Origin: Micrococcus luteus NCTC 2665
Lineage (GTDB): Bacteria > Actinomycetota > Actinomycetes > Actinomycetales > Micrococcaceae
Assembly (NCBI RefSeq): GCF_000023205.1
Contig: NC_012803.1
Location: 1,710,001-1,742,000, forward strand
DNA length: 32,000 nt
Direction: 5' to 3'
In this document: positions 1-8,376 of the stretch, one piece after another
Numbering within the stretch: the stretch's first letter is position 1
Layout of the letters: each line of letters starts with the position of its first letter
Translations under genes and position numbers: made by a program
The notes under the pieces: generated by a model
Seen by the model: the letters and a program-made list of their open reading frames with translations, nothing else
Database searches by the model: none
Told to the model about the DNA's origin: nothing

Positions 1-735
1 CTCCTCGAAGCTCATGCCCGCCTCCTTGGCGACGACGTGCGCCGGCAGCGCGGTGCTGATGAGGATCTCCCAGTCCGCGTAGGGCTCCGGGTAGGTGACG
101 GTGAACTCCTTGCCGTCGGCCTCGCCCTCGGGCGCCTCCGGGATGTACTTGCCCTGCTCGAAGGAGATCGAGTCGAACAGCGGGGTCTCGGCACCCTCGG
201 CCTTGATCGTGTCGTTGTTCGCGGCCCAGTGGACGATGAAGTCGCCCGCGGTGACGGGGGTGCCGTCGGACCACTTGGCGTCGTCGCTGATGGTGTACTT
301 CACGGTCAGCGGGTCGTCCGAGGTCTTCTCGTACCGTCCGAAGTCCTTGTCCGGGATGATCGAGCCGTCGGTGCCGAAGTACCAGAAGGACGAGAACATG
401 CGGTCCGCGACGGCCGAGTTGTACGTGGTGTACGTGTTCGACTGCAGGCCGTTGTAGGACAGGAAGTCGTCGGCGCCCACCGAGTAGGCGATGGAGCCGT
501 CCTGGGTCTTGACGTCGCCCAGGTCGGCCTTCCCCGGCCCGGAGGCCTCGGCGGTGAGCTTCTGGCCCTTGTCCCCTTCGATGACGTTGCCGGCGCCCGA
601 GTCGCCGCCCTGGCTGGCGCCGGAGCCGCTGCTGCTGGAGTCGCCTGCGTTGCCGCCGCCCGGGGCGCACGCGGAGAGGATGAGGGCCGAGCCGGCGGCC
701 AGGGCCGCGGCAGCGGAGAGCTTCGTGTACTTCAT
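1..735 (-). CDS. ABC transporter substrate-binding lipoprotein, family 5 (peptide/nickel type). N-terminal 245 codons only; the 3' end lies outside the window.
   Basis: Absent from the ORF track because it runs off the edge. The reverse complement of 735->1 reads stop-free: MKYTKLSAAAALAAGSALILSACAPGGGNAGDSSSSGSG...SSFWYFGTDGSIIPDKDFGRYEKTSDDPLTVKYTISDDAKWSDGTPVTAGDFIVHW...ISTALPAHVVAKEAGMSFEE. It has a signal peptide with lipobox L-S-A-C followed by a typical family-5 SBP core. Confidence 0.8.
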   Translation of the reverse strand, partial: MKYTKLSAAAALAAGSALILSACAPGGGNAGDSSSSGSGASQGGDSGAGNVIEGDKGQKLTAEASGPGKADLGDVKTQDGSIAYSVGADDFLSYNGLQSNTYTTYNSAVADRMFSSFWYFGTDGSIIPDKDFGRYEKTSDDPLTVKYTISDDAKWSDGTPVTAGDFIVHWAANNDTIKAEGAETPLFDSISFEQGKYIPEAPEGEADGKEFTVTYPEPYADWEILISTALPAHVVAKEAGMSFEE

Positions 736-929
736 GGAAGGTGCTTCCGTTCATGAGAGGTGCAAGGACGTCGCGCGCCCACATCCCTGTGGGGACCTGG
801 TGGTGCGAGACGACCCCCGGGCCGTTCCGCCGAGACGGGACGTTCCGTGAGATGGAGCACACTGTAGCGGGCACATTCAGGTTCGCGAAAGTCCGAATCT
901 GGATCCGTCCCGTCCGTGGCGCACAGCGG

Positions 930-2407
930 TCAGCGACGACGGTCCGCCAGCAGCGTCCGCACGGCCCACGCCCCGCCCATGCCATGGACGCCGGCGCCCG
1001 GCGGGGTGGAGGCGGAGGCCAGATACAGCCCGGTCCGACCCGCCCGGTGCGGCCGGGGCGACGCGGTGGGGCGCAGGAGCGCGCGCGCTCCCGCGAGCGA
1101 TCCCCCCGCGATGTCGCCGCCCACGAGGTTCGGGTTCCACGCCTCCAGATCGGCTGGGCGCATCGCGACCGCGGCCCCGATCCGGTCCCGGAAGCCGGGT
1201 GCGTGCCGCTCCACCTCCGCCTCGATCAGCGGACGGACGTCGCCGGGGTGGCCGTGGGGCACATGGGCGTAGGACCAGACGACCGTGTGCCCCCGGGCGG
1301 GCCCGGTGGCCCGTGAGGGGTCCGCCGCCTGCTGCTGACAGAGCATGACGAAGGGCCGCGCCGGCATCCGGCCGGCCGCGACGTCGTCCTCGGCCCGCCG
1401 GATCTCGGCGGCGGTCCCGCCCAGGTGCACCGTCCCCGCGCCCGCGAGCCGGGCGTCGCGCCACGGGATCGGCCCGTCGAGCAGGAAGTCGACCTTGGAC
1501 ACGGACGGCCCGGGGCGCCACCGGCGCAGGGCGGCGGCGTAGCGCGGCGGCAGGCCCGTGCCGGCGACGCGCAGCACCTGGCGCGGGGTCAGGTCCAGCA
1601 CGACGGCGTCCGCGGCGGGCAGCGCGCGCAGGTCCGTGACCTCGTGACCCAGGTGCAGCCGACCGCCGTGCGCCCGCAGCACCGCCACGAGCGCGTCGAC
1701 GATCGCCCCCGACCCGCCGCGCGCCACCGGCCAGCCCGAGCTCATCCCGAGCGCGCCGAAGAGCGCACCGAACGCCGCCGTCAGGGGCCGGCTCGAGGGC
1801 AGGATCGCGTGGGCCGCCGAGCCCGTGAACAGGGCGCGGGCGGCCGCCGTGCGGAACATCGCCCGGCCCAGCAGATCGGCCGGCCACGGGGCGCGCAGGC
1901 CGAGCCGGGCCATCGCCACCGGATGGGGCGGGGGGCGCAGCACTGGGCCGAGCGCGCCCGCCAGGATCTCGTCGACGTGCGCGACCAGGGCCCCGTGCAC
2001 GGCCCGCCAGGCCCGCGCGTCGACGCCGAGACCCGCGGCGGTGGCCTCGAGGTCCCGGTGCAGGAGGGCGGCCGGCCCGTCCGGCAGCGGATGCCCCATC
2101 GGCACGGCCGGGTGCAGCCAGGCGAGCCCGTGGTCCGTCAACCCCAGCTCCCGGAACACGGGGCTGGCGACGCCGAACGGATGGCCCGCCGCCCCGAGGT
2201 CCACCACGGTCCCCTCCCCCAGCACCGGCGCGGACGCGCACGCACCGCCGGGCACCGGGGCCCGCTCGAACACGTCCACCTCCCAGCCCTCGCGGGCCAG
2301 CAGAGCGGCGGCGGTCAGGCCGTTGGGGCCGGCGCCCACGACGACGGCGCGGCCCGGCTCGACGCCCCGGGGCAGGGAGAATCCGGGGTCGGCGGCGTGT
2401 CGGTCAT
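930..2407 (-). CDS. NAD(P)/FAD-dependent oxidoreductase (phytoene desaturase/CrtI-like family). The 5' end is unresolved and may carry a frameshift.
   Basis: ORF 930..2612 contains the Rossmann motif RAVVVGAGPNGLTAAALLAREGWEVDVFE and CrtI-like length and C-terminus. The only SD-preceded ATG (gcAGGAGGagaccATG, first base 2407) is one nucleotide out of frame with the Rossmann-containing frame. Confidence 0.75.
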
Positions 2408-2426
2408 GGTCTCCTCCTGCGGTCCC

Positions 2427-2432
2427 TAGAAT
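2427..2432 (+). promoter_or_regulatory. -10-like hexamer TAGAAT upstream of zupT
   Basis: TAGAAT lies about 40 nt upstream of the SD-preceded GTG at 2473. No AT-rich Zur-type palindrome is visible nearby. Confidence 0.3.
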
Positions 2433-2472
2433 GGTCCCACCCCGCCCGCCGCCCGTCAGGAGGCCCTCCCCC

Positions 2473-3261
2473 GTGGACCCGTTCTGGACCGCGCTCGCTC
2501 TCACGACGTTCGCCGGGCTGGCCACGGTGCTGGGCGGCGTCCTGGCGATCGTCGGACGCGAGCCCTCGGGCCGCGCGCTGGGGGCCTCCCTCGGCCTCGC
2601 CGCGGGCGTCATGCTCGCCGTCTCCTTCCTGGAGATGCTGCCGGCCGCCGTCGAGGGGCTGGGCGGGGCGGTCGGCCCCGCGGCGACCGCCGTCGCGGTG
2701 GCCGCCCTGACCCTCGGCGCAGGCGCCTACGTGCTGCTCGAGTGCGCCGTCCCCGACCCCGTCTCGGAGATGCCGGGCGACGTCGACGACCCGGCCGACC
2801 TGGACCGGCGGCGGATGCTGCGCCTGGGCACGGTGACGGCCCTGGCGATCGGCCTGCACAATCTGCCGGAGGGCTTCGTCACCTTCGCCGGCACCCTGCA
2901 GGATCCCTCGGTGGGCCTCGCGCTGGCCGTCGCGATGGCCGTGCACAACGTTCCCGAGGGCGTGGCCGTGGCCGTGCCCGTGCGGCAGGCCACCGGATCG
3001 CGGCGCAAGGCCTTCGCGTGGGCCGCGTTCACGGGGATCGCGGAGCCGCTGGGCGCGCTGATCGGCTGGCTGCTGCTGGCCCCGTTCCTCACACCCGCGC
3101 TCGTGGCCGCCGTCTTCGCGGCCGTGGCGGGCGTGATGGTGACCGTGAGCCTCGACGCGCTGCTGCCCGCCGCCCGGGCGGCCGGGGGCCGCGCCGCGGC
3201 GCTGGGCGGCGTGCTGCTGGGCGTGGCCGCGATGGCCCTCTCGCTGGACCTGCTCTCCTGA
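2473..3261 (+). CDS. zupT: ZIP-family zinc transporter ZupT
   Basis: VDPFWTALALTTFAGLATVLGGVLAIV...HNLPEGFVTFAG...AVHNVPEGVAVAVPV shows the ZIP signature HNxPEG twice. AGGAGG at 2458-2463 sits 9 nt before GTG 2473, giving 262 aa (E. coli ZupT is similar in size). An in-frame ATG at 2431 is an alternative start. Confidence 0.85.
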   Translation: MDPFWTALALTTFAGLATVLGGVLAIVGREPSGRALGASLGLAAGVMLAVSFLEMLPAAVEGLGGAVGPAATAVAVAALTLGAGAYVLLECAVPDPVSEMPGDVDDPADLDRRRMLRLGTVTALAIGLHNLPEGFVTFAGTLQDPSVGLALAVAMAVHNVPEGVAVAVPVRQATGSRRKAFAWAAFTGIAEPLGALIGWLLLAPFLTPALVAAVFAAVAGVMVTVSLDALLPAARAAGGRAAALGGVLLGVAAMALSLDLLS

Positions 3262-3276
3262 ACGCCGGGGGGCCGG

Positions 3277-4458
3277 TCAGTTCACGAGGGCCGGCTGCAG
3301 GACCGCCTCCGCCTCATGCACCTCGCCGTCGGCGGTGCGCCACTGGACGGTGATCCGGTCCCCCACGTTGTGGTCGTTGACCAGGCGGGACATCCGGGAG
3401 GCGTCGTCGCCGACGGCCCGCCCCTCGATCTCGAGGATCACATCGCCCTCGACCAGGCCGATCTGCTCGGCCGCCGAGCCCGCGTCCACCTGCATGACCA
3501 CGACGCCGACGTCGGGATCCGCGCCGACCATGATGCCCAGGGCGCCGTCCGCGCCGATGCTCACGGTGTCCGTCTCCTCGCCCGAGAGGACCTGGTCCAC
3601 CACGTCGAAGGCCACCTCCAGCGGGATCGCGAAGCCGTCCACCTCGTCCGCGGTGGTCCCGTCGCTGGCCGCCACGGTCACGCCGACCACCTGGCCGGCG
3701 TCGTCCACCACCGGGCCGCCGGAGTAGCCGGGCACGACGTCCGCGTCCGTCTGGATCAGGCCGGACAGGCGCGCGTACTGATCGGTGCCCTCGGCCGCGG
3801 CCATGATCGAGCGGTCCGTGCCGAGCACGGTGCCGCGCACGGCCGTCAGGTGGCCCTGGCCCCCGCCGTTGCCGACGGCGGCCACCGTCTCCCCGCGACG
3901 CACCGGGTCCAGCGAGACGCTGGCCACCGGCAGGTCTGAGACGCCCTCGACGTCGAGCACCGCGATGTCGTGCTCGGCATCGCGCCCGAGCACCGTGGCC
4001 GTGTGCCGCGCGCCGGTGTCCGCGACCACCACGTGCACCTCCGAGGAGTCCTCGACCACGTGGTAGTTGGTCACCGCCAGTCCGTCCGGGGAGAGCACCA
4101 TACCCGTCCCCGTGCCGGTGCGGGCGCCGAGGGCGGTCTCCACGAGGAGGATGCCCGGGGCGTCCGCGACCGGCTGGCCCGGGTCCAGGGACGATCCGTC
4201 GTGGGCCGACGCGGACCAGTCCACCGCCACGCCGTCGTGGACGTGCGTCAGGCCCGCCGCGAGCTCGCCCGCCTCCCGGGCGGGGGCCTCGGCGGCGGGC
4301 ACGGTCGGGGCGGAGTCCCCGGCGACGTCGACCATCCGGCCGGCGAGGAGCGCGGTGAGGCCCCCGGCCAGGACCAGCGCGCCGAGCACGCCGAACAGCG
4401 CGATGACGAACGCCAGGGGCGAGCGTCGTGCGCGCGGCGGCCAGCCCGGCGGCGTCAC
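3277..4458 (-). CDS. Membrane-anchored trypsin-like serine protease with C-terminal PDZ domain (HtrA/DegP family, S1C)
   Basis: Catalytic triad context TNYHVV / HDIAVL / GYSGGPVV. N-terminal TM segment PLAFVIALFGVLGALVLAGGL. PDZ-like tail GVVVMQVDAGSAAEQIGLVEGDVILEIEG. The GTG at 4458 lies 3 nt after the tpx stop; the ORF-track extension to 4785 overlaps tpx and is not credible. Confidence 0.85.
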   Translation of the reverse strand: MTPPGWPPRARRSPLAFVIALFGVLGALVLAGGLTALLAGRMVDVAGDSAPTVPAAEAPAREAGELAAGLTHVHDGVAVDWSASAHDGSSLDPGQPVADAPGILLVETALGARTGTGTGMVLSPDGLAVTNYHVVEDSSEVHVVVADTGARHTATVLGRDAEHDIAVLDVEGVSDLPVASVSLDPVRRGETVAAVGNGGGQGHLTAVRGTVLGTDRSIMAAAEGTDQYARLSGLIQTDADVVPGYSGGPVVDDAGQVVGVTVAASDGTTADEVDGFAIPLEVAFDVVDQVLSGEETDTVSIGADGALGIMVGADPDVGVVVMQVDAGSAAEQIGLVEGDVILEIEGRAVGDDASRMSRLVNDHNVGDRITVQWRTADGEVHEAEAVLQPALVN

Positions 4459-4460
4459 GC

Positions 4461-4961
4461 TCAGCCCCGGGCGGCCGCCAGGGCGGCCTCGTAGTCCGGC
4501 TCCTCGGAGATCTCGGGGACGAGCTGGGCATGACGGACCACGCCGTCGGCATCGACCACGACGACGGCGCGGGCCAGCAGGCCCTCGAGCGGACCGTCGG
4601 TCATGCGCACGCCGTAGTCGTCGCCGAAGGACGAGCGGAACACGGAGCCGCTGCGAACGTGGTCGATGCCCTCGACCGAGCAGAAGCGTGCGGCGGCGAA
4701 CGGCAGGTCCGCGGACACGGCCACGACGGTGGTGTCCTCGAGGTCCGCGACGCGGGAGTTGAACTCGCGGACGGAGGCGGCGCACACGCCCGTGTCCAGG
4801 GACGGGAAGATGTTCAGGATCACGCGGCGGCCGCGCAGCTCCTGCAGGGTCACCGGGGACAGGTCCGCCCCGGTGAGGGTGAAGTCGGGGGCGGGGGCAC
4901 CCACCGGGGGCAGCTCACCGACGGTGTGGACGGGGGTGCTCTTCATGTGAGTCGTCGCCAT
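4461..4961 (-). CDS. tpx: Thiol peroxidase (atypical 2-Cys peroxiredoxin Tpx)
   Basis: 166 aa. VGAPAPDFTLTGADLSPVTLQELRGRRVILNIFPSLDTGVCAASVREFN is the Tpx signature with the peroxidatic Cys. Start context is leaderless-type (TAGGCT, 6 nt, ATG). Confidence 0.93.
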   Translation of the reverse strand: MATTHMKSTPVHTVGELPPVGAPAPDFTLTGADLSPVTLQELRGRRVILNIFPSLDTGVCAASVREFNSRVADLEDTTVVAVSADLPFAAARFCSVEGIDHVRSGSVFRSSFGDDYGVRMTDGPLEGLLARAVVVVDADGVVRHAQLVPEISEEPDYEAALAAARG

Positions 4962-4967
4962 GGGGAC

Positions 4968-4973
4968 AGCCTA
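4968..4973 (-). promoter_or_regulatory. -10 hexamer TAGGCT for leaderless tpx. It shares the CCTAGG palindrome with a plus-strand TAGGAT (4972-4977) facing the patatin gene.
   Basis: The minus strand reads TAGGCT gtcccc ATG(4961). Confidence 0.45.
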
Positions 4974-5042
4974 GGATGGGCGCGGCCGGACGGGAGCACT
5001 CCGCGCCCGGCTCGGCGGACGGCGAACACGGAGGGACCGACC

Positions 5043-5945
5043 ATGACCGAGCCCATGACGTCCAACGTCACCGACACGGCGCTGCTGTTCGAGGGCGGGG
5101 GGATGCGCGCCGCGCTCACCTCGGCCGTGGTGGCGGAGCTGCTGCGCGAGCGGATCCACGTGGACTTCGTGGCCGGCATCTCGGCGGGCTCGTCCAACGC
5201 CGTGAACTACCTGTCCCGCGACCCGGCCCGCGCGCGGCGCTCGTTCGTGGACTTCGCCGACGATCCTCGGTTCGGCAACTGGCTGAGCTTCGTGCGCGGC
5301 AAGGGCCTGTTCAACGCCGAGTACATCTACGAGCACGCCGGCCTGCCCGAGGCGGACCTGCCCTACGACTTCGCCACGTTCCGCGCGAACCCCGCCCGGC
5401 TCGTGCTGGGCGGGTTCGACGCCGCGAGCGGCGAGACCCGCTGGTGGGACCGCTCCGACATGACCACCCTGACCGATCTGATGGTCCGCGTCCGCGCGTC
5501 GTCCACGATGCCGGTCCTCATGCCCCCGGTGCACGCCGAGGGCACCGTGTTCGTGGACGGCGCCCTCGGCGTGGACGGCGGGATCCCGCTGACCGCGGCG
5601 GAGGACGCGGGGTTCGAGAAGGTCCTCGTGGTCCTGACCCGGGAGCGCGGGTACGTGAAGCGGCCCGAGCGGTTCCCCTCGTTCTACCAGCGCACCTTCC
5701 GGCGCTACCCCGCCGTCGCGGACGCCCTGCTCACGCGCTGGCGCCGGTACAACGCGACCCGCGAGCGCCTGTTCGAGATGGAGCGGCAGGGACGGGCCTA
5801 TCTGTTCGTGCCCGCGACCATGCCCATCTCCAACGGCGAGCGGTCCGTGGCCAAGCTGGCCGCCGCCCACGAGCTCGGCCTGGACCAGGTGCGCCGCGAG
5901 ATGCCGGCGATCCGCGCGTTCCTGGGGCTGCCGGCGTCCCGCTGA
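5043..5945 (+). CDS. Patatin-like phospholipase family protein
   Basis: ALLFEGGGMRAALTSAVV (oxyanion GGGxR) and VAGISAGSSNA (GxSxG nucleophile), with DGAL/DGG near VDGALGVDGGIP. GGAGGG SD sits upstream of ATG 5043. The 5' part of the ORF-track entry (from 4428) is an extension. Confidence 0.85.
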   Translation: MTEPMTSNVTDTALLFEGGGMRAALTSAVVAELLRERIHVDFVAGISAGSSNAVNYLSRDPARARRSFVDFADDPRFGNWLSFVRGKGLFNAEYIYEHAGLPEADLPYDFATFRANPARLVLGGFDAASGETRWWDRSDMTTLTDLMVRVRASSTMPVLMPPVHAEGTVFVDGALGVDGGIPLTAAEDAGFEKVLVVLTRERGYVKRPERFPSFYQRTFRRYPAVADALLTRWRRYNATRERLFEMERQGRAYLFVPATMPISNGERSVAKLAAAHELGLDQVRREMPAIRAFLGLPASR

Positions 5946-5969
5946 GCCGCGCCTGCTCCGAGCGGTGGG

Positions 5970-6509
5970 TCAGGCCTCGGCGCGGGCGGCCGAGTCCGGC
6001 AGGCCGAACACCGAGTCGAACGCGTAGGCGTACACCGCGGCGTAGACGAGGAAGAACACGAGCAGGCCGGCCTCGATGAGGAACGCCTCCCCCAGCCCGA
6101 TGCCGAGGATCAGCGCCACCGCGGGCACGAGGAACACGATCAGCCCGCCCTCGAAGCCGACGGCGTGGGCCACGCGCACCCACCAGGGTCGGCCCGTGAT
6201 CCCGAGGCGGCGTTCGAGGGTCTCGAACACCGAGTTGAACACGATGTTCCACAGCAGGGCCACGGTCGAGGACACCACCGCCACGGCGAGCGAGGGCCCG
6301 CCGCCGTTGCCGAGCGCCGCCAGGATCCCGGTGGTGAAGAGGATGGCGAGCAGCTCGAAGACCACCGCGTAGACCACGCGGCGCAGCAGGGGCGTCCGGA
6401 ACACGCGGCGGCGGACGAGCGCGTCCCGGCCTCCCGGGCCACGCGGCACGTCGGAGGGCGGCGCCGACGCGGGGTCGACGCCCGGGCGGGCGCGGTGGGT
6501 CTCGGACAC
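5970..6509 (-). CDS. PACE-family efflux transporter (bacterial transmembrane pair / AceI-like)
   Basis: 179 aa, four TM segments as two repeats: RRVVYAVVFELLAILF... and WVRVAHAVGFEGGLIVFLVP (R..HA.GFE motif of BTP domains). GTG start with leaderless context. Confidence 0.75.
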   Translation of the reverse strand: MSETHRARPGVDPASAPPSDVPRGPGGRDALVRRRVFRTPLLRRVVYAVVFELLAILFTTGILAALGNGGGPSLAVAVVSSTVALLWNIVFNSVFETLERRLGITGRPWWVRVAHAVGFEGGLIVFLVPAVALILGIGLGEAFLIEAGLLVFFLVYAAVYAYAFDSVFGLPDSAARAEA

Positions 6510-6516
6510 GGCGCCC

Positions 6517-6522
6517 AGCCTA
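6517..6522 (-). promoter_or_regulatory. -10 hexamer TAGGCT for the leaderless PACE gene
   Basis: The minus strand reads TAGGCT gggcgcc GTG(6509). Confidence 0.4.
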
Positions 6523-6625
6523 GGGCCGGGTCCGCGGGGCGCCGAATCCGGCGGAGCCCGCCGCCCGCCGTCGTCGCGCCTCGATGACGGGGCGGCGCGC
6601 CTTTACCGCGCCCCGGCCGCCTGCC

Positions 6626-6631
6626 TAGAGT
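6626..6631 (+). promoter_or_regulatory. -10 hexamer TAGAGT for the leaderless ferritin gene
   Basis: TAGAGT tcgaggc ATG(6639), 7-nt spacer, no SD. Confidence 0.45.
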
Positions 6632-6638
6632 TCGAGGC

Positions 6639-7157
6639 ATGAAGCTGACCGATGACCTGCTGCAGAAGTTCGACGACCAGATCACCCTCGAGTTCGAGGC
6701 GTCCATGGTCTACCGCCAGCTCGCGATCGCCGCCGACGACCTGGACCTGTCCGGGATGGCCGCGTGGCTGCGGCACCAGGCGGACGAGGAGATCGTCCAC
6801 GCCAACAAGTTCATCGACCATGTCACCGACCGGGACAGCGTCCCGACGATCGGCGCCATCCCGGCCCCGCCCGTGCAGGCCGGCCTGTCGGCCCTGGAGA
6901 TCTTCCGGGCCGCGCTCGCGCATGAGCAGAAGGTCTCCGAGGCGATCCGCGAGCTGTACCGGGCCACCGAGTCCGCGGGCGACCTCAACTCGCGCCCGCT
7001 GCTGAACTGGTTCCTGGACGAGCAGATCGAGGAGGAGGCCACCGTCTCCGAGATCGTGGGCCAGCTCGAGCTCGTCGGCGACGACGGCTCGGGCCTGCTC
7101 CGCATCGACGGCCGCCTGGGCTCCCGTCCCGTGGAGACCACCGAGAACGACGCCTGA
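6639..7157 (+). CDS. ftn: Non-haem ferritin
   Basis: 172 aa. ITLEFEASMVYRQLA...LRHQADEEIVHANKFIDHV...ALAHEQKVSEAI carries the ferroxidase-centre E/ExxH/E/QxxE pattern of Ftn-type ferritins. Confidence 0.9.
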   Translation: MKLTDDLLQKFDDQITLEFEASMVYRQLAIAADDLDLSGMAAWLRHQADEEIVHANKFIDHVTDRDSVPTIGAIPAPPVQAGLSALEIFRAALAHEQKVSEAIRELYRATESAGDLNSRPLLNWFLDEQIEEEATVSEIVGQLELVGDDGSGLLRIDGRLGSRPVETTENDA

Positions 7158-7183
7158 GCCCACCGGCGGCCTCGTCGGCCGCG

Positions 7184-7225
7184 CACGCACCGGCCCGGTC
7201 CCCCACGGGGCCGGGCCGGTGCGTG
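7184..7225 (+). terminator. GC-rich hairpin downstream of ferritin (intrinsic-terminator-like, no U tract)
   Basis: cacgcaccggcccgg-t-cccc / cac / ggggccgggccggtgcgtg. About 19 bp of stem with one bulge and a 3-nt loop, 27 nt after the stop. Confidence 0.5.
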
Positions 7226-7302
7226 TCCGTCCTCGCCGCTATGCTCGACCTGCGCCCTGCCCGCGCACCGTCGCGCCCGTCGGCCCCGCCCCAGGAGGAA
7301 CC

Positions 7303-8250
7303 ATGGTCGGACTCGTAGCCCTGCTCGACGACGTCGCCGCCCTCGCCCGCCTCGCCGCCGCGAGCGTGGACGACGTGGCCGCCGGAGCGGGACGCGCTGC
7401 AGCCAAGGCGGCGGGTGTGGTGGTCGACGACGCCGCGGTGACCCCGCAGTACATGGCCGGCGCGGCCGCGGCCCGCGAGCTGCCGATGATCTGGCGGATC
7501 ACCAAGGGCTCCCTGCGCAACAAGCTCGTGGTCATCCTGCCCGCGCTGCTGCTGCTCGACTGGCTCGCCCCCTGGATCCTGCCGTGGCTGCTGCTGGCCG
7601 GCGGCACCTACCTGTCCTATGAGGGCGCGCACAAGGTGTGGGGCAAGCTCGCCGGCCACGGGCATGCCGACGACGAGGAGCCTGCCGTCGAGCGGGGTCC
7701 GGAGGCCGAGGACACCGTGGTGCGCGGGGCCATCACCACGGACTTCATCCTGTCCCTGGAGATCATGGTCATCTCCATGAACGAGGTGGCCGACCTGGGC
7801 TTCTGGATGAAGGCGGCGATCCTGGCGGTGGTGGCCGTCGTCATCACCGTGGGGGTGTACGGGGTGGTGGGGCTGATCGTGAAGATGGACGACGTCGGCC
7901 TGCACCTGCACCAGAACGCCTCGACCTCCGGCGGCCGCTCGTTCGGCGCCGGGCTGGTCAAGGCCATGCCGCACGTGCTGCGCGTGGTGACCGTCATCGG
8001 CACCGTGGCGATGCTCTGGGTGGGCGGCCACATCGCCCTCGTGGAGCTGGACGCGCTGGGCGTGCCGTGGCCCTACGCCGTGCAGCACGGGATCGTCGAG
8101 CCCGTCACGCACGCCGCCGGCGCGTTCCTCGGCTGGCTCACGGAGACCGCGACGTCGGCCGTGTGGGGCCTGCTCTGGGGCTCGGTCGCGCTCGGGGTGG
8201 TCCTGCTCGTCGGACGCCTGCGCGGGAAGAAGGCCGTGCCCGCCCACTGA
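7303..8250 (+). CDS. DUF808 family inner-membrane protein (YedI-like)
   Basis: MVGLVALLDDVAALARLAAASVDDVA...VTPQYMAG...RELPMIWRITKGSLRNKLVVILP is the characteristic DUF808 N-terminus. AGGAGG lies 5 nt upstream of ATG 7303. Confidence 0.8.
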   Translation: MVGLVALLDDVAALARLAAASVDDVAAGAGRAAAKAAGVVVDDAAVTPQYMAGAAAARELPMIWRITKGSLRNKLVVILPALLLLDWLAPWILPWLLLAGGTYLSYEGAHKVWGKLAGHGHADDEEPAVERGPEAEDTVVRGAITTDFILSLEIMVISMNEVADLGFWMKAAILAVVAVVITVGVYGVVGLIVKMDDVGLHLHQNASTSGGRSFGAGLVKAMPHVLRVVTVIGTVAMLWVGGHIALVELDALGVPWPYAVQHGIVEPVTHAAGAFLGWLTETATSAVWGLLWGSVALGVVLLVGRLRGKKAVPAH

Positions 8251-8288
8251 TGCGGCGGCCGACGGGTCCGCCCCCACCCGCGCCCGAC

Positions 8289-8349
8289 GCCGAGGCCCGC
8301 AGACGCGCCGCTACGCACGGAACGTAGCGGCGCGTCTGCGGGCCTCGGC
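8289..8349. terminator. Perfect 27-bp-stem hairpin between convergent genes (candidate bidirectional terminator)
   Basis: gccgaggcccgcagacgcgccgctacg / cacggaa / cgtagcggcgcgtctgcgggcctcggc. No mismatches, 7-nt loop, no flanking T/A tract. Confidence 0.55.
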
Positions 8350-8376
8350 GCTGTCTCCGTCTCCCGGCGGGCCCCG

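Noticed and set aside
736-929. The 194-bp spacer upstream of the peptide SBP gene as a possible riboswitch or sRNA. It has a long-range 9-bp pairing (gacgggacg / cgtcccgtc), a TTCGCGAA palindrome, and a TACAGT -10-like box on the minus strand.
   Set aside because: It bears no resemblance to any riboswitch class I can recognise. The elements are adequately explained as a terminator for the flavoprotein gene plus a promoter and 5' UTR for the SBP gene. It is only worth checking if RNA-seq shows a discrete small transcript.
2408-2472. Zur box upstream of zupT, and an IdeR/DtxR box upstream of ferritin (6510-6638).
   Set aside because: No AT-rich TGAAAATnATTTTCA-like palindrome or TTAGGTTAGGCTAACCTAA-like sequence is present. 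The only weak resemblance is AGCCTAGGGC at about 6517, which is better explained as the PACE -10 box.
4459-4785. Extension of the HtrA-like ORF into tpx. The same pattern occurs as extensions of 14048..15886, 15804..17402, 16808..18991, 1825..3261, 4428..5945, 21884..24088 and 25542..26576.
   Set aside because: In each case the extension overlaps a well-supported neighbouring gene or an intergenic promoter. A start with an SD, leaderless context or ATGA/GTGA coupling exists at the point where family homology begins.
5043-5945. Patatin-like phospholipase as a possible CBASS/defence effector.
   Set aside because: There is no cyclase/nucleotidyltransferase, E1/E2-like, sensor or other defence gene adjacent. 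The neighbours are housekeeping (tpx, PACE, ferritin). It is more likely a stand-alone lipase.
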